42,490 bases of DNA, from positions 1 through 42,490 of IMG/VR virus record IMGVR_UViG_3300046788_000036; one strand, given 5' to 3'. The position numbers and the translations under genes are program-made. The stretch's first letter is position 1. Each line of letters starts with the position of its first letter. The notes under the pieces are model-generated. The model was not told where the DNA came from. It was given only the letters and a program-made list of their open reading frames with translations, and ran no database searches. This stretch comes from a virus (lineage: Duplodnaviria > Caudoviricetes). Of the stretch, positions 27,173 through 34,958 are shown piece by piece.

Positions 27173-27340
27173 TTACTGACCTTGTTCCGCGTGCTTGATG
27201 TCCTTGCGCGCCGCTCGAAGGGCAACCATCCGCAGCCATGCTGACAGGCTCAAACCGTTAAGGTTTGCCGCCTCAGTCCATTGCCCGATTTCTTCAGCTT
27301 TCGCCCTGATATTGATCTGTGGCCGCATGTCCTTCGCCAT
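27173..27340 (-). CDS. Ribbon-helix-helix DNA-binding protein (MAKDMRPQINIRAKAEEIGQWTEAANLNGLSLSAWLRMVALRAARKDIKHAEQGQ)
   Basis: Translated by hand (55 aa). Beta-strand QINIR, then helix-G-x-S-L-S-helix, as in Arc/CopG/DUF1778-like RHH proteins. Confidence 0.75.
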   Translation of the reverse strand: MAKDMRPQINIRAKAEEIGQWTEAANLNGLSLSAWLRMVALRAARKDIKHAEQGQ

Positions 27341-27346
27341 GCACTC

Positions 27347-27441
27347 TTTATAGCATGAGCGATTGTCTATTGATATGCTTAAAGTTATCCCCAGCCATGC
27401 GCCAGTGACTGCTAGACAATCGCTATAGGCTTCCCCATACT
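27347..27441. promoter_or_regulatory. Divergent promoters with 12-bp inverted operator repeat
   Basis: AGCGATTGTCTA (27358-27369) / TAGACAATCGCT (27413-27424). Rightward TAGACA-17-CATACT. Leftward extended -10 TGcTATAAA lies 6 nt before the RHH ATG. Confidence 0.65.
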
Positions 27442-27469
27442 CTCACTGTCAGCAAAGGGGAACCGCGTC

Positions 27470-27709
27470 ATGACCATCCGAGACATCACATACGGCGACA
27501 TTCTGGACGCAATTGACCATGAAACCCTAGACGAGGCTTGCAGCGTCATTCAGAGCGCGGCGGGCATCAAGACGGGCGATGTGGCTGGAGTGTTCTTCAG
27601 CGGCAATCAATTCGATCATTGGGAGCATATGCCGAAGCCTCAGAAACTCAATCATCTAATCGACTACATCAACGCGGAACTCAAATACGAGAATGACGAC
27701 CTCTGCTAA
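27470..27709 (+). CDS. Early hypothetical acidic protein
   Basis: Track ORF with AAGGGG RBS; first gene after the rightward promoter. Confidence 0.7.
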   Translation: MTIRDITYGDILDAIDHETLDEACSVIQSAAGIKTGDVAGVFFSGNQFDHWEHMPKPQKLNHLIDYINAELKYENDDLC

Positions 27710-27735
27710 CCCCTCACCCTATGGGAGACCGTACC

Positions 27736-28026
27736 ATGACAAAGCAAGCACTTAGGACTGATATCTTCAGAGCGCCCGCACATTTGGCTTGTGCACTTAT
27801 CAATGGCGACACTTCAGGACTAGAGCCGCACGAAGAGCGCGAATTGCGATGGCTCGAAGCTTGGATGCGTTGGAATTATGGCCCGCGCGTTAGCGTTGTC
27901 GATTGTGGCGAGCCCGAGTTTTGCCGCGATATGTCACCCTCAATTCGCGTTCCCATGGCTTCATTATCTGGCGTCATGTCACTGTGGCTTGCTGGCGATG
28001 CCACAGAATACACAGTCCTTTACTAG
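27736..28026 (+). CDS. Early hypothetical protein (PAHLACALINGDTSGL)
   Basis: GGAGA RBS; motif typical of phage early genes. Confidence 0.7.
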   Translation: MTKQALRTDIFRAPAHLACALINGDTSGLEPHEERELRWLEAWMRWNYGPRVSVVDCGEPEFCRDMSPSIRVPMASLSGVMSLWLAGDATEYTVLY

Positions 28027-28139
28027 CTGACCTAGCGCGCAATCCCCTGCTGCGGTGGGGGATTACCGATATGCCAGCAATCTCAAGAGTTTAGTTCGCT
28101 TTGCCTCGCGTATCACCACCACCTGAAAGGGGAAACACT

Positions 28140-28343
28140 ATGCAAACTTTTCACGCCCACGAAAGGCCTTGCGCGGCTCCCGGACTCACTTCGTATCGCA
28201 TTCGCGGAGTCTTTGGCTGGATTATGATCGGCGCGCATTCGATCGGGGGAGCATTGGACGAAGCGCGTCGCAGCACTCAATTCGTCGATCGATCTAAGCT
28301 GCAAGTATGGAGCGAAACTGCGGGAAAGTATATCGACGCATGA
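28140..28343 (+). CDS. Early hypothetical protein (SYRIRGVFGWIMIGA)
   Basis: ATG after the CACCTGAAAGGGG RBS. Confidence 0.7.
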   Translation: MQTFHAHERPCAAPGLTSYRIRGVFGWIMIGAHSIGGALDEARRSTQFVDRSKLQVWSETAGKYIDA

Positions 28344-28455
28344 CTGCAAGCGCGAAACGCTGCAAGTCTGGGATGCGGCAACGGCCAAGTACGTCAACGT
28401 CTAGCATCCCGAGGCGAAGCGAACCCTAATCCCAGCACCTGAAAGGACAAACACC

Positions 28456-28725
28456 ATGCAAGCCATTACCGTCAAATTCCTGCCCGCTACCAATTTCAAG
28501 CCCGCGCGCTACAAGGCGATTGCGCAGGCCGGCAGCGTCACCATCAGCAACGATTACACCGGCAAGGCCCATCGCGCGGCCGCTCTGGCATTATGCGCCA
28601 AGTATAACTGGGAAGGCGACCTGCTCGAAGGCGGCGACCATGACGGAAATTACGTCTATGTGTTCGTGAAGTCCGATTGCGTCGTCAATCCTACCATCCA
28701 TGCCAAGCGTCAGGAAGCCGCCTAG
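28456..28725 (+). CDS. Early hypothetical protein (MQAITVKFLPATN...)
   Basis: Recognisable phage early-gene type; CACCTGAAAGGA RBS. Confidence 0.75.
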   Translation: MQAITVKFLPATNFKPARYKAIAQAGSVTISNDYTGKAHRAAALALCAKYNWEGDLLEGGDHDGNYVYVFVKSDCVVNPTIHAKRQEAA

Positions 28726-28817
28726 CCCAGCAACCCTACCAGCCCGCCATGGCCGCAAGCTGTGGCGGGCCTAACTGCGAAAGGAAACTATTATGATAAG
28801 CCCGCGTTGTACGTCGC

Positions 28818-29018
28818 ATGGTCGAAACAGTCATCACGCTTCTGATCTACATAGCCCTGGTCGTGGGCCTGGTCTGGCTGGTGCTATGGGTTCTGGAATC
28901 CATTGGCGTGCCTCTCCCGCCCCAGGTCGCCAAGGTGCTATGGGTCGTCGCAGCTCTCGTTATACTGCTCTTGCTGTGGCGTGCGCTCTCGCCTGTCTTG
29001 CACCTGCCATTGCATTAG
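28818..29018 (+). CDS. Two-TM membrane protein (Thivi_2564-like)
   Basis: Two long hydrophobic helices separated by GVPLPPQ. Confidence 0.7.
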   Translation: MVETVITLLIYIALVVGLVWLVLWVLESIGVPLPPQVAKVLWVVAALVILLLLWRALSPVLHLPLH

Positions 29019-29230
29019 CCCAGCAATCCATCACCACCATAGACATGGGCGACGGGCTGTATATCAGCACCGACCAGAGCGGGCGCCAGGCGACAACGAT
29101 TGACCTGGGTGGCGGAATATCCACCACGACAACGAGCCCAGGTTTCGGCCAGCCCACGTTCCCCCAGCCTGCGTTGCCGCCCCTGCCGCCAATCTACGTT
29201 CCCCAACCTACGTACAATCCCTATAGGTGA
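28940..29230 (+). CDS. Putative secreted protein with Sec signal peptide and Pro-rich tail
   Basis: MGRRSSRYTALAVACALACLAPAIALA|QQ signal; two TTID(M/L)G repeats. Confidence 0.55.
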   Translation: MGRRSSRYTALAVACALACLAPAIALAQQSITTIDMGDGLYISTDQSGRQATTIDLGGGISTTTTSPGFGQPTFPQPALPPLPPIYVPQPTYNPYR

Positions 29231-29239
29231 ACCTACGTA

Positions 29240-30118
29240 CTAGAACCTGTGTTGCGCGTTCTTCGTAGGTTCAAAAGTAGGTCCGCCATGGCAACGCACG
29301 TACTCGATGGCCGCACGTTCGGCCTCTAGGTAACGCTCGTCCAGAGGCGACGGACGTTCGATCTGACGCACGATCTCCTCCGACGCAGGCAGTCCCGACT
29401 CGTCCCTCTTCTGCCAAAGGGCTATTAAATCGCCTAGGTTGGCCGGAACGGGCAGATCAAGCGTTTGCCTGATAATGTCTGCCGTATTCAGCCGCTCGCG
29501 TCTGGTGAGCCCGTAATGAGCCCACCACAGGTCCATCCTGCGTAGACGTGGGTTCCATTTGTTGCCCTTGCTGGCAAACTGGATGGGCAACATGGGTAGC
29601 CCTACCCCCGTGATGAAACTGTACGTCTCTGATATTGCAGTGTCACTGAACCAGAACGGGTAACGCTCGTCGAGCAGGTGCCCGACCATATCGAACCACC
29701 TTCGTCCAATGGCAAACAACGTGGGTTGCCCCGGATTGGCCTGATCCTGCAAGCCGGCGATCTTCAGGTCTGCGTGCGTCCAGTCGTGGTTCCTCCATGC
29801 CCAGTCCAGGCAATGGTCCCAGTTCGGCGTGGCTATGATGCCGTCGTCGGGCAGGGTCAGCATCACCTCGGCGTCCGTAAGGGCAGCGCAGCGGTTCCAG
29901 CATGCGCCTACGCCTGTCGGACGCACGTCAACGCTGATACGTGCGTTGTGCTGGATATGCGCCAGAACGCCGGTTGGCCAGCATTCTACGTCGTCCTCGT
30001 CGCATGCTACCACGAACTCAAGCATGTTCTCCCCCGTAGACAACATGCGCAGCGACTCGATGATGCCGATCACGTTGCGTGGCTTGCCTCGGGTCGCGAT
30101 AATCGCTGCAATCTTCAT
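29240..30118 (-). CDS. GT-A fold (GT2-like) glycosyltransferase
   Basis: MKIAAIIATRG, VVACDEDD, WNRCA..., LTLPDD, and FWFSDT. Confidence 0.75.
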   Translation of the reverse strand: MKIAAIIATRGKPRNVIGIIESLRMLSTGENMLEFVVACDEDDVECWPTGVLAHIQHNARISVDVRPTGVGACWNRCAALTDAEVMLTLPDDGIIATPNWDHCLDWAWRNHDWTHADLKIAGLQDQANPGQPTLFAIGRRWFDMVGHLLDERYPFWFSDTAISETYSFITGVGLPMLPIQFASKGNKWNPRLRRMDLWWAHYGLTRRERLNTADIIRQTLDLPVPANLGDLIALWQKRDESGLPASEEIVRQIERPSPLDERYLEAERAAIEYVRCHGGPTFEPTKNAQHRF

Positions 30119-30384
30119 TTGATGTTATAAAGTTGAACGGCTTCAGTGGCGGTATAGATGCGCGTGGGGTGTGGCCGTTCGCGATCTTCCGCCATCAGAT
30201 TCTGGCTCTCGACGGGTCTCGGATGCTTCCTGCCGTCCCACAGCACCATGTAATAAGCTGCTGGCTGCTGGTAGAAATCGAGGACCTTGCGGACCGTTCC
30301 AAAGCGCCGCCCCCAATGGCCAATCCGGGGATTGATTAAGGCCGCATCCGAGATCATTACGCGATCACCCTTCTTAAATACCAC
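30115..30384 (-). CDS. Small SH3/KOW-like hypothetical protein
   Basis: FKKGDRV...GTVRKV...VLWDG; GTG start after GGAGG. Confidence 0.55.
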   Translation of the reverse strand: MVFKKGDRVMISDAALINPRIGHWGRRFGTVRKVLDFYQQPAAYYMVLWDGRKHPRPVESQNLMAEDRERPHPTRIYTATEAVQLYNIK

Positions 30385-31060
30385 GGCTCTGCCCTCCATC
30401 GACAACGATATTGGCCCCGTTGACCAGACTCGCTCCCTCGCTGCACAGGAACGCCACCACGTTAGCGACCTCCTCAGGCGTGCCCATCCTGCCTAATGGC
30501 AGTTCCGCCCCGCTCGGAGGCTTGCCTACGTCGATCTCGCCGGGTGCCACTGAATTGAACGTGATGCCGTCACGCGCCAGGTAGCTCTGCGTTGCCAAGC
30601 TCTTCATCAACGCCGTCTGTGCAGCTTTCGCCATCACGAACCAGGGACGTGCGTTGCCATCCTTGCCTCCGAATATGCTGGTGATGGTGACGACGCGACC
30701 CCATTTGCGCTCACGCATGCCGGGCAATGCACGCTGCGTAAGATAAGCCGCAGCCATCGCGTTCTTCTGCATGACCTCGCGCCATGTATCGAAGGGTGTT
30801 TCCTCGATGCTATCCGATCCCCATCGGCCGCCGCCACCCGCGTTGTTGATGAGGATGTCGATTGGCGGAACCTCGTCCATCAGCCTTTCCAGCGTCCAAT
30901 GTTCCAGCATGTCGGCACCAATCCAATGATTGCCGCACTGAAGTTGCGCTGGCCGCTCGCGAGAAGACGTGATGACAAAATGCTGCTGCCTGCATAAGGC
31001 GCGGGCGATAGCCAAGCCGATACCCCTAGTGCTTCCAGTAACGAGTGCGGTTCTAGCCAC
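30374..31060 (-). CDS. Short-chain dehydrogenase/reductase (SDR)
   Basis: TGSTRGIG, ILINNAG and GRMGTPEEVA...VDGG motifs. The catalytic YxxxK position reads FVMAK. Confidence 0.9.
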   Translation of the reverse strand: MARTALVTGSTRGIGLAIARALCRQQHFVITSSRERPAQLQCGNHWIGADMLEHWTLERLMDEVPPIDILINNAGGGGRWGSDSIEETPFDTWREVMQKNAMAAAYLTQRALPGMRERKWGRVVTITSIFGGKDGNARPWFVMAKAAQTALMKSLATQSYLARDGITFNSVAPGEIDVGKPPSGAELPLGRMGTPEEVANVVAFLCSEGASLVNGANIVVDGGQSRGI

Positions 31061-31577
31061 CGAACGGAATCCCGCCGCCAAGCGGTTCGCCCGCATATTT
31101 GTCGAACCGGATGTAATGCGGCGTTCTGGCCTCATAAGCCATCTTCACGCAGTCCGCGACACATCCCCATTCAAATGGTTCGCAGACCGTCATGTTGCGA
31201 AGCGTCCTCATCAGTCCAAGGTCCTCCGTCCCGTAGTGCGTCGGACCATCGCGCCACATCGACGGACCGCCTAGTCCAAGGATCGTCACCGGAAGGTTCG
31301 GCAGGCAAATGCAGACCTTGATGAGTTCCCAGCCGCGCATCAGGTGGGCGCACTGGCCGTAGGCAAATACCTGCTTGCCCGACGATGCGAGACCGCCGGC
31401 CAGAGCCATCATGTTCTGCTCGGCCACGCCCACGTTGACGACTCGTGCAGGAAACTCCTCGCGGATGGTGTCGAGCCCCCATGCGCCATTGTCGTTGGTC
31501 AGCACGACGATGCTCGAATCGGCGCGCATCAGTTCGTGGACGACGGCGAATACGGCATCGCGGAAATCACGTTTCAT
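31053..31577 (-). CDS. Transketolase-like pyrimidine-binding subunit (C-terminal domain absent)
   Basis: NVGVAEQNMMALAGGLA, DGPTHYGTED, PHYIRF; only 174 aa. Confidence 0.9.
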   Translation of the reverse strand: MKRDFRDAVFAVVHELMRADSSIVVLTNDNGAWGLDTIREEFPARVVNVGVAEQNMMALAGGLASSGKQVFAYGQCAHLMRGWELIKVCICLPNLPVTILGLGGPSMWRDGPTHYGTEDLGLMRTLRNMTVCEPFEWGCVADCVKMAYEARTPHYIRFDKYAGEPLGGGIPFGG

Positions 31578-31786
31578 GTACCGTTCTCGCGAATATCTTT
31601 TAATTTGACCTCTTCAGAAGCGGCCCAAACCTCATGCTCCATCTCGCAAGATACGCGCATATAGGCTTCACTGTTCGGCATCGTAGGATATGTATTCACG
31701 AGGCGCGCGACGCGACGATCTCGCTCCGCCATGCGCTCGCTAATTTGCTTACATTGTTCATAAGTCATGCCACCAAATCCAAACAT
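31574..31786 (-). CDS. Hypothetical protein inserted in the metabolic operon
   Basis: TAATG overlap at 31786; helical, 70 aa. Confidence 0.5.
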   Translation of the reverse strand: MFGFGGMTYEQCKQISERMAERDRRVARLVNTYPTMPNSEAYMRVSCEMEHEVWAASEEVKLKDIRENGT

Positions 31787-32343
31787 TATGTCACCTCTGG
31801 CAATCCTTCCTCTTCGACTTCCTTGGGAATGCAGTCGGCATAACGAGCCCACATCAGCGTGCGGGGGAGCGATGGAATGAGACCGCAATGGTAGTGGGTG
31901 TTGTCGGCCAGCCAAGCCGTTCCCCGAGGGCCATAGATTGGCTCAAGCAGGTCGTCGGGTCGCATATGGAGTTGAGCTGAATCAAGCGGTACGTCCGTTC
32001 CAAAGATGAACAGCGCCACGATTTTGGAACCGCCCCGATCACGATGCAGGCCATGCAGTCCGGGGAAGTAAGGCGTGTCTTTATTCGTGTAGAAGGCATT
32101 GAGACTCCATAGGTGTGCAGGGCAATCGAAGTATTCGCTGACCTTGGGAATGAAACCCTTGGCGTAGTCGAGGAAGTGAGGGGCGGCCATCACGTCCTCC
32201 ATCGAATTGCATTCCATGCCGTTGCGTGGTCGCGCCTTGATGTGACCGGGATAGCGCGGGCATTGGTCGAGATGGTCGGTGACCTGCTTGATCCATGGCA
32301 CGATGCCGAGTCGCATGAAGCCGTTGCGCCGCAGTTCGCTCAT
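31786..32343 (-). CDS. 2OG-Fe(II) dioxygenase superfamily protein (PhyH-like)
   Basis: HxD in LHRD, distal His in HYHCG, and Arg in RTLMWARY; DSBH-like strand pattern. Confidence 0.65.
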   Translation of the reverse strand: MSELRRNGFMRLGIVPWIKQVTDHLDQCPRYPGHIKARPRNGMECNSMEDVMAAPHFLDYAKGFIPKVSEYFDCPAHLWSLNAFYTNKDTPYFPGLHGLHRDRGGSKIVALFIFGTDVPLDSAQLHMRPDDLLEPIYGPRGTAWLADNTHYHCGLIPSLPRTLMWARYADCIPKEVEEEGLPEVT

Positions 32344-33026
32344 GCCAGCGCCTTTCGTGCTTCAGCGATCTCATCGCCCTTCGGCACCTGATGGTGCCAG
32401 GCAGGGTTGCCTTCCATGAAGCAAATTCCCTTGCCCTTAACGGTGCGAGCGACAATACAGCGTGGATGATATTGTTTATCCGTCAGCCATGCCATGATTT
32501 CTGCGATCTCGTGGCCGGGCACATCGCATGCCCCCCATCCAAAAGCATAGAATCTCTCAGAGATCAGATGGACGTTCAGAACATCTCGCGTGAAGTTCGC
32601 ACACGCCTGCCGATTGTCATCAACAATGGCCACCAAGTTGGAAAGCCCGTGATGTGCGGCAAACATCACCGCTTCCCAGATCGCCCCTTCGTGTAGCTCG
32701 GCATCGCCCAGCACACAGAATACCCGTCCCGGCTTGCCGTCGAGTTTGTTGGCGAGCGCCATGCCCGCAGCCATGCCCAAGCCCATCCCGAGCGAGCCGC
32801 TGCACTTGTAGGGCCAGCCCGGCCACATCGGGTAGTCGGGGTCCTGCCACAGCGCATCCAGCGTCAGATGGCCGTGCGTCTTGCTGAGAACCAGCTTGTC
32901 CTCGGGCTTCATCACTTCATGCAGGGCAACGGCGATCTCCACCCATGACAGGGCGCTTGCCACATGGCCCTTGCCGGCTGCCAATGCGGTTTCGAGGATG
33001 TAGCGGCGAATCTCCTGCGGGGTCAT
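32340..33026 (-). CDS. Transketolase N-terminal (ThDP-binding) subunit
   Basis: GHVASALS, LSKTHGH, GSLGMGLG, GDAELHEGAIWEA...DDN, TVKGKG...WHH. Start reassigned to MTPQE. Confidence 0.92.
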   Translation of the reverse strand: MTPQEIRRYILETALAAGKGHVASALSWVEIAVALHEVMKPEDKLVLSKTHGHLTLDALWQDPDYPMWPGWPYKCSGSLGMGLGMAAGMALANKLDGKPGRVFCVLGDAELHEGAIWEAVMFAAHHGLSNLVAIVDDNRQACANFTRDVLNVHLISERFYAFGWGACDVPGHEIAEIMAWLTDKQYHPRCIVARTVKGKGICFMEGNPAWHHQVPKGDEIAEARKALA

Positions 33027-33106
33027 CGGGGCCGACTCCTGATGGCGAGGTAGAGCATGACCGCGACAATCCCAAGCATCAGCCAGTAGAACCATTCGGG
33101 GATCAT
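33023..33106 (-). CDS. Small TM peptide (MIPEWFYWLMLGIVAVMLYLAIRSRPR)
   Basis: ATGA overlaps at both ends. Confidence 0.55.
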   Translation of the reverse strand: MIPEWFYWLMLGIVAVMLYLAIRSRPR

Positions 33107-33312
33107 GGCGCACCCTCTTTGACCAATACCCAAATGCCGAGGCCAGTAATATCGACCGCAGCGCCGACAATGCGATGGCCCACCCGACCGCCACGATACA
33201 ATTCCCACAGCTTGCCACCGCCTTCCCCGACATATTCCCAACCGAGGGCCTTCATCTTCCGCTGTTCGCGACGAACAGCTAAACGGCGGCGTGTCATGTC
33301 AGAAACTCTCAC
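33103..33312 (-). CDS. Hypothetical protein
   Basis: GTGA overlap with the methyltransferase stop. Confidence 0.55.
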   Translation of the reverse strand: MRVSDMTRRRLAVRREQRKMKALGWEYVGEGGGKLWELYRGGRVGHRIVGAAVDITGLGIWVLVKEGAP

Positions 33313-34223
33313 GGGGCACCCTCCAGGGCATCGACGCGGGCTTGCTCGCTCGTTGCCTGGACGGGCGACCACTGGAGTTGCGAGTAACCTTCCAGCAAAA
33401 GGCTGCCAAAGCCGGTGCGATGCTGGCGCAGAGGCACAACTTCATTGGCAAAGCCGCGCCAGAAGCCCCGTGCCTCGTGGACCTTGATCGCCGTGTAATC
33501 GACGAGATTGGCGGGATCGTACCATTCCAGCATCGGCTCGATGTGAAAACACATCGCGGGCTGGCTGCGGCGCACGAACTCCAGGAAAGGCCGCCACCGG
33601 GTTCCGGTCTGCTCCAGCGCACCAATCGTCAGCACCGCTGAATTGGGCATAAATGGCCGGAAAGTATGAGGCTCGAAGAAATCGAATCGACCGCCGCCGA
33701 TGTTGGGGAAATGGCTGCGCAGCCGGTCGATAATCCTGAACGATGCCTCGGCCCAGTCATAGCCATGGATGTGTTTGCCGGGAAACTCCTGGGCGAGAAA
33801 TACAAGGTTGTGCCCGGAACCGCAGCCGAACTCGTAGATGTGGTCGAAGCCCGAGAGATAGCGCCTTGCGAACCAGCCCCGGAAAACCCTGTACCAGTTG
33901 GCCTCGAACATCGGGTCGGCAGGTTCGATGAATTGTCCGTCGAGCCGCAGCACCTTGGCGGGGCGCAGGTATTTAGGCTCCAGCGCCTTGAGATCGTCGG
34001 TGCGGCGGAAGTCCTCGAAATTCTCCTGCCAGCCTTTCTGCCAACGTCCGGTATTCTCGCCGGCAATCGAGAACGAGCGACCCTCCAGCCTGTGCAGCAG
34101 GTCGATCACGACGCTGTTGGATGCGTCATTGTCCAGTGTCTTGTAGCGCCAGTCGTGCGCCTTGATCTCGGCCTCGGTCTTGATGTCGAGTGGGCCGCCG
34201 AACATCTTTTCCCACTTCATCAT
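33309..34223 (-). CDS. Class I SAM-dependent methyltransferase (small-molecule/sugar type)
   Basis: Motif I IYEFGCGSGHNL, GYDW, FDFF, GALEQ. Lacks the DNA-methylase catalytic motifs DPPY/NPPY/PC. Confidence 0.85.
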   Translation of the reverse strand: MMKWEKMFGGPLDIKTEAEIKAHDWRYKTLDNDASNSVVIDLLHRLEGRSFSIAGENTGRWQKGWQENFEDFRRTDDLKALEPKYLRPAKVLRLDGQFIEPADPMFEANWYRVFRGWFARRYLSGFDHIYEFGCGSGHNLVFLAQEFPGKHIHGYDWAEASFRIIDRLRSHFPNIGGGRFDFFEPHTFRPFMPNSAVLTIGALEQTGTRWRPFLEFVRRSQPAMCFHIEPMLEWYDPANLVDYTAIKVHEARGFWRGFANEVVPLRQHRTGFGSLLLEGYSQLQWSPVQATSEQARVDALEGAP

Positions 34224-34540
34224 TGTCCCATCCTTATCTTCTCGATCGCCAGTTCCCGCGTCCAACCCTTGCGGGTCAGGCTGCGGTATCTGTTGCGTTC
34301 CCTGGTACCGTTCGGCCATGGTAACTGGTTCTCGACGTTGAACCGTGGCGGCAACCGATGCGAACGGCCAGCCTTCTGCGCCAGCTTGACGGCAGCGATG
34401 GTGGCAGCGCGGAATGTCGAGTCAGCCCATTTGGCCCGCATTGTCTCGGCGCTGACCAGCCGGCGGCGTTCCCGCTTCATCGAGCGCAGCTTTTCTTCCA
34501 GAATGGGGATCTGGAATTGCAGGGTTTCCAGTCGGCTCAT
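34220..34540 (-). CDS. Basic hypothetical protein
   Basis: ATGA-coupled start at MSRLE. Confidence 0.55.
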   Translation of the reverse strand: MSRLETLQFQIPILEEKLRSMKRERRRLVSAETMRAKWADSTFRAATIAAVKLAQKAGRSHRLPPRFNVENQLPWPNGTRERNRYRSLTRKGWTRELAIEKIRMGQ

Positions 34541-34761
34541 GGCAGCCTCGCCTTGCTGTCCGCGATGCGTTTGATACAAATGAAATCAGGCCCATATTTA
34601 TCGGCGTTGTAGGCTCGTGAAGCAGTGACGGGATCGCGCGAGTTAATGCTACACCGCTCACCACCGATGCAGCCAAGACCATCGAATGGGCATCCGCGCA
34701 GAAATTGACCCGTGCGAACATTGGCTGGCCGACACATTGGTTCAATCTGATGGTATTTCAT
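34537..34761 (-). CDS. Cys-rich hypothetical protein
   Basis: ATGA-coupled; 5 Cys in 74 aa. Confidence 0.5.
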   Translation of the reverse strand: MKYHQIEPMCRPANVRTGQFLRGCPFDGLGCIGGERCSINSRDPVTASRAYNADKYGPDFICIKRIADSKARLP

Positions 34762-34958
34762 GGCACGCGCTTCCTGCTGGCCTCGATAAACGCATACCAG
34801 TCCCTTAGGACCGGCGTGGCGTTCTGGATCTGCTTGGCCGTGCGTACCGCCTCGGTTGCCTGGGTGATCGACCCGGTGCGGTGGTAGGGGTTGCCGGTTT
34901 TGTTGCCGGGCCACTTCGTTACCGGACGGCGCTTGAAGAGGCTTTTCATGTTAGACAT
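34758..34958 (-). CDS. Hypothetical protein
   Basis: Track ORF coupled to its neighbours. Confidence 0.55.
   Translation of the reverse strand: MSNMKSLFKRRPVTKWPGNKTGNPYHRTGSITQATEAVRTAKQIQNATPVLRDWYAFIEASRKRVP

Noticed and set aside
29205-29240. 11-bp direct repeat AACCTACGTAC at a convergent gene junction
   Set aside because: Too short, with no terminator or att context; probably a local duplication.
31786-32343. Specific TET/JBP assignment for the oxygenase
   Set aside because: Only generic HxD...H...R features are visible and no C5-cytosine methylase partner is present; kept as an open possibility only.
33309-34223. DNA methyltransferase assignment
   Set aside because: No DPPY/NPPY or PC catalytic motif; it looks like a small-molecule methyltransferase.
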